Source: Propionicimonas sp.
GTDB lineage: Bacteria; Actinomycetota; Actinomycetes; Propionibacteriales; Propionibacteriaceae
Length of the DNA stretch: 64,000 nucleotides
Assembly (NCBI GenBank): GCA_049841235.1
Contig: JASGEM010000030.1
Coordinates: 23,452 to 87,451 of the forward strand
Direction: 5' to 3'
The translations under genes were made by a program, and so were the position numbers. The stretch's first letter is position 1; the number at the start of each line of letters is the position of its first letter. Below are positions 28,863 through 37,049 of this stretch, one piece after another. Below the pieces are notes generated by a model, which had not been told where the DNA came from, made no database searches, and worked only from the letters and a program-made list of their open reading frames with translations.

Positions 28863-29669
28863 TCACTCCTCCTCCTGCATGGCGAACACGGTGCAGGTCG
28901 ACCCCTCGCCGCCTGCCAGGAGCAGAGGCAGGACGGTCACCCGGATCCGCCGGGCGGTGATCTGGTCGACATTGGTCAGGGCCGGGACGATCGACAGCGC
29001 GGCGTGGAGCACGACCGATGCCGCCCAATCCGGTGCGCCGCCACCGGCGCCCCGCGCGGGGGTGTAGTGGCGCATGTAGGCGCGTGCCTGGTCGGAGGGG
29101 AAGGGCGGCCGGTCCCAGGGTTCCCGCTCGGCCCACTCCCGGTACATGAAGCGTTCGCCCAGATTGCCGACATAGGTGCAGTCGGTGAGCAGCAGGGTGG
29201 TGTTTCTGCGCTGCATGTGCTCGATCAGGCGGTGGGCACCCGCGACGGAGAAGTGGGGGCTGTGCCTGGCGTAGTCGTCGCCCAACTCGAGGTGATTCGA
29301 GCCGCGTCCCCAGCCGGTCCGGATCAGCAGGGCATCTCCGTCACGGAAGTCCGGGTTGTCGGTGAGCGCGCGGTCGAAGTCCTCCGGGAGCAACTCGCTG
29401 TCCGGCGGTTTCGGTATGTCGACCACAAGGCATTCGCGGTTGACGTAGCCGGTCAGATCGAGTTCGTCGATGCGCGCGGCGGCGTCGTCGTAGCAGGCAC
29501 TGAGCATCAGGCGGGTGCCCGCCTCGCTGTGAAAGCTCATCACGTACTGCTCCACGCCGTGCTTCTCGCGGGTCATCGTGTGTTCGAGCCGGAAGGGCGC
29601 GTCCCACGCCCACACGTTCCCGATGGGCATGTACGGGTAGAGCGGAAGGGTGAGGTTGAGAGTCTTCAT
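28863..29669 (-). CDS. Cyclase-family-like protein (degenerate metal site), paralogue 1
   Basis: Begins MKTLNLTLPLYPYMPIGNVW. FHSEAGTRL occupies the place of HxGTHxD, and DGDALLIRTGWG is present. The ATG at 29669 overlaps the gntR stop (ATGA). Confidence 0.55.
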   Translation of the reverse strand: MKTLNLTLPLYPYMPIGNVWAWDAPFRLEHTMTREKHGVEQYVMSFHSEAGTRLMLSACYDDAAARIDELDLTGYVNRECLVVDIPKPPDSELLPEDFDRALTDNPDFRDGDALLIRTGWGRGSNHLELGDDYARHSPHFSVAGAHRLIEHMQRRNTTLLLTDCTYVGNLGERFMYREWAEREPWDRPPFPSDQARAYMRHYTPARGAGGGAPDWAASVVLHAALSIVPALTNVDQITARRIRVTVLPLLLAGGEGSTCTVFAMQEEE

Positions 29670-30430
29670 CGGGCCGCCTCCGCGGTCGACGGCTCGCGCC
29701 AGAGGGGACCGGGAGCAGTCACCCGAGGTTGCTGAGCGGCCCAGCGGCGTCGTTCGGTCTGCAATGCGCTGCCGACGAAGTACACATGCGAGAGCACCTC
29801 GTCGAAGATCTCGTCGGGATGGCCCTTCAGCACGGCATCGAGGATCTGTCGGTGACGTGCGGCGATGTGATCGTGATGCTCGCTCAAGGTGTCGCCGACC
29901 ATGTTGAGCCACAGCCTGACCAGGACGTGCTGCCGTTCCCACATCTCCACCAGGCGCGGCAGCCGCGACGCCGTGCAGACCGCTTGGTGGAAGGCATAGT
30001 CCAGTCGAGCGACAGCCTGGCGGTCCCCGGCCTCGGAGGCTGCCTGCATATCGCTCAGGATGTTCTCGATCTCGGCGATCTCTTCGGTGGTGATATGGAT
30101 CGCCGCGTGCTGGCAGGCGACCGATTCGAGCAGGACACGCAGCATGTGGAGCTCCCGGATCGATTCCAGGTCCAGCGAGACCACTCGTGTCGTCCGGGTG
30201 GACTCCCCGACCAGCAGACCCTCGCCCTTGAGAAGCAGCAGTGCCTGTCGCAGCGGGGCCCGGCTGACCTCCAGCTGCTGGGCGAGCGCCTCCTCGATGA
30301 TCCGCGCGCCCGGGGGGAGCGCCCCGCGGAGGATGGCATCTCGGAGGCTTTCGTAGACGCGTTCGCAAAGCTCGCCGCGGCTGGCTTCCGTGATGGGTGC
30401 TAGCGGGAGCACCTCCTGCGTAAGCGACAT
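29666..30430 (-). CDS. GntR family (FadR/FCD-type) transcriptional regulator
   Basis: Winged HTH LCERVYESLRDAILRGALPPGARIIEEALAQQLEVSRAPLRQALLLLKGEGLL plus a helical FCD domain. Start is ATG 30430 or GTG 30439. Confidence 0.85.
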   Translation of the reverse strand: MSLTQEVLPLAPITEASRGELCERVYESLRDAILRGALPPGARIIEEALAQQLEVSRAPLRQALLLLKGEGLLVGESTRTTRVVSLDLESIRELHMLRVLLESVACQHAAIHITTEEIAEIENILSDMQAASEAGDRQAVARLDYAFHQAVCTASRLPRLVEMWERQHVLVRLWLNMVGDTLSEHHDHIAARHRQILDAVLKGHPDEIFDEVLSHVYFVGSALQTERRRWAAQQPRVTAPGPLWREPSTAEAAR

Positions 30431-30449
30431 CGTGTCCACTCGCTCTCTC

Positions 30450-30484
30450 TCGACGATGAGGTTGTACGGTCTATCGTCGACGAT
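30450..30484. promoter_or_regulatory. Candidate GntR operator (TCGACGAT ... ATCGTCGACGAT)
   Basis: A perfect 12-bp palindrome ATCGTCGACGAT lies at 30473-30484, with an inverted copy TCGACGAT at 30450-30457. TTGTAC lies between them. The site begins 11-20 nt upstream of the gntR start. Confidence 0.4.
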
Positions 30485-30682
30485 AATGGCCCTATCGGAT
30501 TCTGTCTAGGGTTCTTCGTAGACAAAAATAGGTTCGCGAGGGTACCTCGCTCGTCCGGAGGGGACGGCAGAGCGGTCATCGTCTTGCTCTCCTTGCCTGG
30601 TTGGCCGCCTCGCCCGGGAGGGTCCCCGCTGATCGCGCGGTGCTGAGCGTGAAGGGCGGCTGGGCCGCCTTTGCCCGGCCTT

Positions 30683-30714
30683 TAGTTAGCTAAGCTAATG
30701 AGCTAGACTAACTA
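30683..30714. promoter_or_regulatory. Candidate MarR operator and leaderless-type promoter (AT-rich nested palindromes)
   Basis: TAGTTAG (30683-30689) pairs with CTAACTA (30708-30714). Inside them sits the perfect 6-1-6 palindrome TTAGCT-A-AGCTAA (30686-30698). TAGACT (30704-30709) is a possible -10 element, 8 nt before the GTG at 30718. Confidence 0.5.
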
Positions 30715-30717
30715 TCT

Positions 30718-31137
30718 GTGACCATCGCCCTTGCCAAGCTTGCCTATGAACTGCGGATCGCCTGCCAGCAGGTGAGCCGCCGCGTCCGCTTCGAGCCCAG
30801 CGCGGAGATCCCACCGCACCAGGTCGGAGTGCTGGGCAAGCTGATCGATGGCCCGAAGACCCCAGGAGAACTCGCCGATCTCGAACAGGTCAGCGCCCCG
30901 AGCATGACCCGCACCACCAACTGCATGGTCGACAAGGGGCTCATCGACCGCACCGACCACCCCAGTGACGGGCGCAGCAAGGTGCTCAGCCTCACCGACG
31001 AAGGACGAGCCGTGCTGAAGCGGGTGTCGCGGGCCCGGGACGACTGGATGTACCACCGCCTGAAGGGTCTGACCGAGGAGGAACTCGAGGTGCTCCAGCG
31101 GGCTGCCGTCCTGCTGCGGGAGAAGGTGCTGGCGTGA
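30718..31137 (+). CDS. MarR family transcriptional regulator
   Basis: 139 aa with a winged HTH: PHQVGVLGKLIDGPKTPGELADLEQVSAPSMTRTTNCMVDKGLIDRTDHPSDGRSKVLSLTDEG. Confidence 0.9.
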   Translation: MTIALAKLAYELRIACQQVSRRVRFEPSAEIPPHQVGVLGKLIDGPKTPGELADLEQVSAPSMTRTTNCMVDKGLIDRTDHPSDGRSKVLSLTDEGRAVLKRVSRARDDWMYHRLKGLTEEELEVLQRAAVLLREKVLA

Positions 31138-31198
31138 GCACCGCACGAAGGTCTTCTCCTCCGCTGCGCTCCCCCGAACAACGTCGCGGGGACCCCGC

Positions 31199-32482
31199 AT
31201 GAGCGTCGCGACCGCCGAACGGGTGCCGATGTTCGCCTCGTTCGGTCTCTACAACTACCGGCTGTTCTGGAGCGGCGGCTTCGTCTCCAATGTCGGGACG
31301 TGGATGGCCCGGGTGGCGCAGGACTGGCTGGTGCTCACCATCTTGACCAACAACTCCTCGCTGGCGCTGGGGATCGTGACCGGCCTGCAGTTCCTGCCCA
31401 CCGCCGTCCTGGCGCCTTGGGCGGGTTCGGTGGCCGACCGGTTCGACAAACGGCGGGTGCTGCTGCTGACCCAGCTGGCCATGACGGTTACCGGGCTGGT
31501 GCTGGCCGGGCTGGTGTTCTCGGGCCATGTCGCGCTGTGGCATGTCTACCTGTTGGCTACTCTGCAGGGTGCTGCTGCCGCCTTCGACGGCCCGGCCCGC
31601 CAGGCCTTCGCCCCCGAGATGGTGCCTCGGCACTTGATCGCGAACTCGGTCGGGCTCAACACGACGTCCTTCCACGCCGCACGGCTGATCGGGCCGGCCG
31701 TGGCCGGTCTGACGATCGCGTGGTGGGGCGTCTCGCTGGCGCTGCTGCTGAATGCGCTGAGCTTCGTGGCGGTGATCGTCGCCCTGCTGCTGATGCGGGT
31801 CGGTGAGCTGACCCCGGCTCCCGTGGCGCGGGCCAGGGGCGCGGTGCGCGAGGGACTTGTCTACATCAGGAATCGACCCGAGATCATGGTTGTGCTGTTC
31901 GTGGTGTTCATGTTGGGCACCTTCGGGATGAACTTCCAGCTCACCAACTCGCTGATGGCCACCGCGGAGTTCAAGGTCGGGCCCGAGGAGTTCGGCCTGA
32001 TGGGCTCCATCATGGCGATCGGCTCGCTGGCGGCCGGATTGGTCGCCGCCCGTCGCACAACCTTGCGGCTGCGGCTGATCCTGAGTGCGCTGGCCGGTTT
32101 CACTCTCGCCACCGCAGTGCTTGCGCTGGCCCCCAGCTACCTCTCCTACGTCGCCATCCTGATGCCCACCGGCTTCCTGGCGCTGACCGTGATGACCGCC
32201 TCCAACGCGTCGGTGCAGTTGGCTGTCGAACCCGAGATGCGCGGTCGGGTGATGGCCATCTACTCCGCGGTCTTCCTTGGCGGGACGCCGCTGGGCTCAC
32301 CCCTGCTGGGCTGGGTCGGCGAAGCCTGGGGCCCCCGCTGGACGATCGCCATCGGCTCGCTCGCCTGCGGTCTCGCCGTCGTGGTGGCCGGCCTCTATCT
32401 GCTCCGCCGCAACCACTGGGAGTGGCCGCGGCTGCGCACCCCAGACGACCCCGAACTGGAGATCGTCGAAGAACCCCGCTAG
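31199..32482 (+). CDS. MFS transporter (EntS/MFS_3-like efflux)
   Basis: 427 aa with 12 TM helices. The N-terminus FGLYNYRLFWSGGFVSNVGTWMARVAQDWLVL is typical of this MFS subfamily. It sits downstream of marR. Confidence 0.9.
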   Translation: MSVATAERVPMFASFGLYNYRLFWSGGFVSNVGTWMARVAQDWLVLTILTNNSSLALGIVTGLQFLPTAVLAPWAGSVADRFDKRRVLLLTQLAMTVTGLVLAGLVFSGHVALWHVYLLATLQGAAAAFDGPARQAFAPEMVPRHLIANSVGLNTTSFHAARLIGPAVAGLTIAWWGVSLALLLNALSFVAVIVALLLMRVGELTPAPVARARGAVREGLVYIRNRPEIMVVLFVVFMLGTFGMNFQLTNSLMATAEFKVGPEEFGLMGSIMAIGSLAAGLVAARRTTLRLRLILSALAGFTLATAVLALAPSYLSYVAILMPTGFLALTVMTASNASVQLAVEPEMRGRVMAIYSAVFLGGTPLGSPLLGWVGEAWGPRWTIAIGSLACGLAVVVAGLYLLRRNHWEWPRLRTPDDPELEIVEEPR

Positions 32483-32486
32483 CCCT

Positions 32487-32571
32487 GGGACACCGGGGAC
32501 GGTTCCTGCTGGCACACCCGCGCTACCCGGTCCTGACAAGCTGGGACGGAAGGAACCGTCCCCGGGGTCCC
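32487..32571. repeat. REP-like palindromic element, family A (GGGGACGGTTCC arms); probable bidirectional terminator
   Basis: GGGACACCGGGGACGGTTCCT (32487-32507) and AGGAACCGTCCCCGGGGTCCC (32551-32571) form a 21-bp inverted repeat with 1 mismatch. It lies between convergent genes. A second copy of the same arms is at 63654-63897. Confidence 0.6.
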
Positions 32572-32578
32572 GCTGCCG

Positions 32579-34282
32579 TCAGCTGAGTGGCGTGAGCGCG
32601 TCCAGTGACTCCTTCACCTGCTTGCGCAGGACCTTGCCGAGCATCGACTTGGGGAGTTCCTCCAGCTGGTAGTACTCGCGCGGCACCTTGTAGCCGGAGA
32701 GACGCTCCTTGCAGAAGGCACGCAACTCGGCGGCGTCCAGCGTCGCGCCCTCGTTGGGCAGTACCGCGGCCACCACCCGCTCACCACCGCCGGCGGCCGG
32801 CAGACCGACCACCGCGACGTCCGCTATCCCCGGGTGCGCCTTCAGCGCCACCTCGACCTCCGACGGCGAGACGTTGAACCCGCCGGTGATGATCAACTCC
32901 TTCACCCGGTCGACGATGGTGGTGAAGCCGTCGGCGTCCACCGTCACCACGTCCCCGGTGCGTAGCCAGCCGCCCGGCAGCAGGGTCTTCTCGGTCTCGG
33001 CCTCGTTGTTCCAGTAGCCGCCGAAGACCTGCGGGCCCTTGATCAACAGTTCACCGCGCTCGCCCTGTGGCACCTCGCGGGTCGGATCCTCGGTGTCGAC
33101 CACCCGCATCCAGGTGGACGGGAAGGGGATCCCGATCGTCCCGGTGCGGCGGCTGGGATGGAAGGGGTTGCCCAGGCAGACCGGGGAGGCCTCGGTCATG
33201 CCGTAGCCCTCGACCAGCAGCCCGCCCGAGACGCTCTCCCACAGCGCCACCGTGGCGTCCGGCAGGTTCATCGCGCCGGAGATGCAGTACTTGGCGGTGC
33301 TGATGTCGACGCCCTTCTCGATCGCCTTCTTCGCGGTGGCCTCGTAGATCGGCGGCACCGCGCAGTAGACGGTCGGCGGGTTCTTGCGGGCGGCGTCGAT
33401 CACCATGTCCGCGTCGAAGGACGGGAACAGCACCAACCGGGCCTGCTTGAGGACGCCGTAGGTGAGGAAGAGCGTCATGCCGAAGGCGTGGAACATCGGC
33501 AGAATGGCGTAGAAGACCTCCTTGCGGTACTGCGCGCCGTGCATCCAGGCCTCGCCCTGCAGGGCGTTGGAGTACAGGTTGGAGTGACTCAGCATCGCGC
33601 CCTTGGGCTGCCCGGTGGTGCCGGAGGTGTACTGGATCACCGCCAGGTCGTTCACCGACGGACGGGAGTGGGCCGGGTCGATCGGCGGCGCCGAGAGCAG
33701 CTCCTCCCAGCTCATCGTGCCCGGCGCGGGCTGGGTGAGCCGGTTCCGGGTGGCGCGCAGCGAGGGGACGGGGAGCCTCAGCGCCAACTGCTTCACCAGC
33801 GGGAAGGCCTTCAGCAGGTTCACCGCGATGATCCGTTCGGGCTTGACGTCAGCGGGTAGCTCGCGCAGCTTCGCCACCGCAGCGTCCCAGGAGATCACCA
33901 CCCTCGCCGCGTGGTCCTCGAACAGGTGCCGCAGTTCGCGCGCGGTGTAGAGCGGGTTGTGCTCCACCACGATCGCTCCCAGCCGCAGGGTGGCGTAGAA
34001 CGCGACCACGTGCTGAGGGCAGTTCGGCAGGATCAGCGCGACCCGGTCGCCGGCCTTCACGCCGAGTCGGCGGAGCCCCTCGGCAGCCCGGGCGATCTGG
34101 TCGCCCAATTCGGTGTAGGTGGTGGTGCGTCCGAAGAAGTCGGTGGCAATCGCCTGGCCACCCTCGGCCACCGACCGCTCGCACAGGGCGACCAGCGATT
34201 CGGTGGGCAGTTCGATCTCGGCCGGCACGCCCGGCTGGTAATGCCTGGTCCAGGGTGCTGCGGGTTTGGCGTCGTCGCTCAT
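32579..34282 (-). CDS. Long-chain fatty-acid--CoA ligase (AMP-binding, FadD-like)
   Basis: 567 aa with the AMP-binding core IQYTSGTTGQPKGAMLSH, plus GYGMTE and GWLRTGD motifs. Confidence 0.9.
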   Translation of the reverse strand: MSDDAKPAAPWTRHYQPGVPAEIELPTESLVALCERSVAEGGQAIATDFFGRTTTYTELGDQIARAAEGLRRLGVKAGDRVALILPNCPQHVVAFYATLRLGAIVVEHNPLYTARELRHLFEDHAARVVISWDAAVAKLRELPADVKPERIIAVNLLKAFPLVKQLALRLPVPSLRATRNRLTQPAPGTMSWEELLSAPPIDPAHSRPSVNDLAVIQYTSGTTGQPKGAMLSHSNLYSNALQGEAWMHGAQYRKEVFYAILPMFHAFGMTLFLTYGVLKQARLVLFPSFDADMVIDAARKNPPTVYCAVPPIYEATAKKAIEKGVDISTAKYCISGAMNLPDATVALWESVSGGLLVEGYGMTEASPVCLGNPFHPSRRTGTIGIPFPSTWMRVVDTEDPTREVPQGERGELLIKGPQVFGGYWNNEAETEKTLLPGGWLRTGDVVTVDADGFTTIVDRVKELIITGGFNVSPSEVEVALKAHPGIADVAVVGLPAAGGGERVVAAVLPNEGATLDAAELRAFCKERLSGYKVPREYYQLEELPKSMLGKVLRKQVKESLDALTPLS

Positions 34283-34396
34283 GAACCTATCCTGCCCGCT
34301 CAGATCTCATGAAGCGATGAAAACCTACGATTCCGTAGTTGCCCGCCGCCGGCCGTAGCTGCCTGCCCGCCCATCCTGCAATCGGCTGCCCGCCCC

Positions 34397-34497
34397 GTCC
34401 CCTTCGTGCTGCCCGCCACTCTTCCCGTCCGTCCCCTTCGTCGACCGCCACTCTTCCCGTCGAGCGCCACGCCCTGGGGTGAAGCGCTCGACGGGAA
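34397..34497. repeat. REP-like element, family B: tandem ~33-nt direct repeat followed by a GTCGAGCGC hairpin
   Basis: Units at 34397-34430 and 34431-34461 (GTCCCCTTCGT..CCGCCACTCTTCCCGTC). The hairpin pairs TTCCCGTCGAGCGC (34454-34467) with GCGCTCGACGGGAA (34484-34497) around a 16-nt loop. A related hairpin is at 61444-61493. Confidence 0.6.
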
Positions 34498-34594
34498 GGC
34501 AAGCGCTCGGCAGCGGGGAAGGCTCGGTGGAGGGGAGGGGAAGAGCGGGCGGGACGGGGGCGGGGATAGCATGAGCGGGCGGAAGGGAGAGACG

Positions 34595-35191
34595 ATGGGC
34601 GAGCGTTGCGGATGGGTCGGCGAGGATCCGTTCTACGTCGCCTACCACGACACCGAGTGGGGTGTGCCCGAGTACGGGTCCAAGGCGCTTTACGCGAAGC
34701 TCGTCCTGGACGGCTTCCAGGCCGGGCTGGCCTGGATCACCATCCTGCGCAAGCGGGACGGCTTCTACCGGGCGTTCGACGGGCTCGATCCGGATCGCAT
34801 CGCCGGATGGGGCGAGGACGAGGTGCTGCGCTGCCTGGCCGACCCGGGGATCGTCCGGCACCGCGGGAAGATAGAGGCGGCGATCGGCAATGCCATCGCC
34901 TGGCAGCGGATCGAGTCCGAGCGCGGGTTCTCATCCTTCCTCTGGGAGTTCGTGGAAGGGCGCCCGCTGCAGCCGGCGCGGGGCAGCCTCGCCGAGATTC
35001 CGGCATCCACCGAAGTCTCCGAGGCGATGTCGAAGGCGCTGAAGCGGGCCGGCTTCCGGTTCTGCGGGCCGACCATCGTCTATGCCTTCATGCAGGCGGT
35101 CGGCATGGTGAACGACCATGTCGTCGACTGCCCGCGGCATCTGCCGTTGTCCGGGGTGGGACAGCAGGAAACCTCCTCGGTGCCCCGGTGA
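34595..35191 (+). CDS. tag: DNA-3-methyladenine glycosylase I
   Basis: Reads MGERCGWVGEDPFYVAYHDTEWGVPEYGSKALYAKLVLDGFQAGLAWITILRKR and has a C-terminal FMQAVGMVNDH. The ATG at 34595 is preceded by GGAAGGGAGAG. Confidence 0.9.
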   Translation: MGERCGWVGEDPFYVAYHDTEWGVPEYGSKALYAKLVLDGFQAGLAWITILRKRDGFYRAFDGLDPDRIAGWGEDEVLRCLADPGIVRHRGKIEAAIGNAIAWQRIESERGFSSFLWEFVEGRPLQPARGSLAEIPASTEVSEAMSKALKRAGFRFCGPTIVYAFMQAVGMVNDHVVDCPRHLPLSGVGQQETSSVPR

Positions 35192-36054
35192 AGCTGGGGC
35201 TGCCGGCCTGGCTGTCCCCAGTCTGGCTGGTGATCGGTGCGATCGTCTCGGTGCAGTTCGGGGCGGCGATCGCCAAGTCGGTGTTCGGGGTGGTCGATCC
35301 GACCGCGTTCGCATGGCTCCGGATGGCCGTGTCGGCGCTGCTGTTCTACGCCCTCGCCCGGCCCCGCTTCCGGGGACGGACCTGGGCGGACTGGCGGGTG
35401 GCGCTGGGCTACGGGATCTGTCTGGCCACCATGAATTGGTCGATCTACCAGAGCTTCGCCCGGATCCCGCTCGGACTGGCGGTCACCATCGAGTTCCTGG
35501 GCCCGCTGGCCGTGGCGGTCATCACCTCGCGGCGGTTGCGGGACTTCCTTTGGGCCGGGCTGGCCGCGGCCGGCGTGGTGCTGCTGGGGTGGTCGCCGGC
35601 ACCACTGGATCCGATCGGAGTCGGCTTCGCCCTGCTGGCCGGGGCGGCGTGGGCCGGCTACATCGTGCTCGCCGGGCCGACCGCGCGGGCCTGGTCGGGC
35701 CTGACCGGTGCCACGGTGGGCAGTCTGGTGGGCGCGATCGGGTTCGCCATCCCTGGTCTGATCACGGGCGGGACGGCACTGTGGCAGCCCTGGGTCCTCG
35801 CGGTCGGGCTGGGGGTCGGCATTCTGTCGTCGACGATTCCGTACGGGCTGGAACTGGTGGCCCGGCGGCGGATCCCGTCCGGAACCTTCAGCATCCTGAT
35901 GAGCCTCGAGCCCGGGGTCGCGGCGCTGTCGGCGCTGATCGTCCTGGGCGAGCGGCTCTCGCCCATCGAATTGCTGGCCATGGCCTGCGTCATCGTCGCG
36001 AGCGTCGGCGCCACCCGGACCATGACGCGGGCGCGCGCCGTCCCGACCGCGTGA
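35188..36054 (+). CDS. EamA/DMT family transporter (RhtA-like)
   Basis: The GTG at 35188 overlaps the tag stop (GTGA). It has 10 TM helices and two EamA repeats (SVQFGAAIAKSVF). Confidence 0.85.
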   Translation: MKLGLPAWLSPVWLVIGAIVSVQFGAAIAKSVFGVVDPTAFAWLRMAVSALLFYALARPRFRGRTWADWRVALGYGICLATMNWSIYQSFARIPLGLAVTIEFLGPLAVAVITSRRLRDFLWAGLAAAGVVLLGWSPAPLDPIGVGFALLAGAAWAGYIVLAGPTARAWSGLTGATVGSLVGAIGFAIPGLITGGTALWQPWVLAVGLGVGILSSTIPYGLELVARRRIPSGTFSILMSLEPGVAALSALIVLGERLSPIELLAMACVIVASVGATRTMTRARAVPTA

Positions 36055-36167
36055 CGCGGTTCCGCAGGGCGCGGACTCCGATGCCCGGATCGCGAAGTCA
36101 CCTCAGGTAGGCGGGCCGGCGGACGAATCTGCCAGTCAGGTCTGCCAGGTGACGGTGCTTCGCGACC

Positions 36168-37049
36168 TCAGGCCGGCGGACCCGGGACGCCGGGCACCAC
36201 CGGGCCGTGGTAGCCGGCTTCGCCGAGCGCTTCGATACTGCGCTGCAGCAGGGCCCGTTTCACACCCCACTGCTGGTTGGGCAGGGTCTTGGCGGTGATC
36301 CGCAGGGTGGTGCCGGTGGCGGTCACCGAATCCACCCCGACCACGCTCGGTGCGTCCATCAGCACGTCGGCGAACTGCTCGTCCGCGCCGACCGCGCTGG
36401 CGACGGCCTTCAGGATCTCCAGCGCCTGCGCGGCGTCCTCATCGTTGCCGATCGGCACGTCGGCGATGGCGGTGGACCAGCCCTGGGACTGGTTGCCGAC
36501 CCGCAGGATCTCGCCATTGCGGACGTACCAGACCTGGCCGTTGGCATCGCGCAGCCGCGTGACGCGGAGGCCGACCTCCTCGACGGTACCGGTGACCTGG
36601 CCGGTGTCGATGATGTCGCCGACACCGTACTGATCCTCCATGATCATGAACATGCCGGAGAGGTAGTCGCGCACCAGCGACTGGGCGCCGAAACCGAGGG
36701 CCACGCCGCCAACGCCGGCGGTGGCCAGCAGGGGGCCGAGCGGGACATCGAAGATCGCCAGGATGGTGAGGATGGTGACGGTGAACACCCCCACTGCCAC
36801 CACGCTGCGCAGCAGCGAGCCCATGGTGGCGGCGCGCTGCTCGTACCGGGCGCTGTCCGCGCCGGTCATCGCGGCGATGATGCGTCCGGCCGGGGTGGCG
36901 GCCTTTCTACGCTGGGCGCGTTCCGTCATGCTGCGGGTGATCAGGCCGATCGCGCGCACCAGCAGCCAGCGCGCCACCAGCGCGACCACGATCACCAGCA
37001 GGATCAGCAGGGCCTTGTCGAGCCAGGGGATGTCGTAGCCGAAGAGCAT
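36168..37049 (-). CDS. Mechanosensitive ion channel (MscS family)
   Basis: N-terminal TM helices followed by the MscS beta domain (GVGDIIDTGQVTGTVEEVGLRVTRLRDANGQVWYVRNGEILRVGN). Confidence 0.9.
   Translation of the reverse strand: MLFGYDIPWLDKALLILLVIVVALVARWLLVRAIGLITRSMTERAQRRKAATPAGRIIAAMTGADSARYEQRAATMGSLLRSVVAVGVFTVTILTILAIFDVPLGPLLATAGVGGVALGFGAQSLVRDYLSGMFMIMEDQYGVGDIIDTGQVTGTVEEVGLRVTRLRDANGQVWYVRNGEILRVGNQSQGWSTAIADVPIGNDEDAAQALEILKAVASAVGADEQFADVLMDAPSVVGVDSVTATGTTLRITAKTLPNQQWGVKRALLQRSIEALGEAGYHGPVVPGVPGPPA

Noticed and set aside
34397-34461. Possible CRISPR-like array (tandem ~33-nt repeats)
   Set aside because: There are only two directly abutting units with no spacers, and no cas genes occur in the window. 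I treat it as part of a REP-like element.
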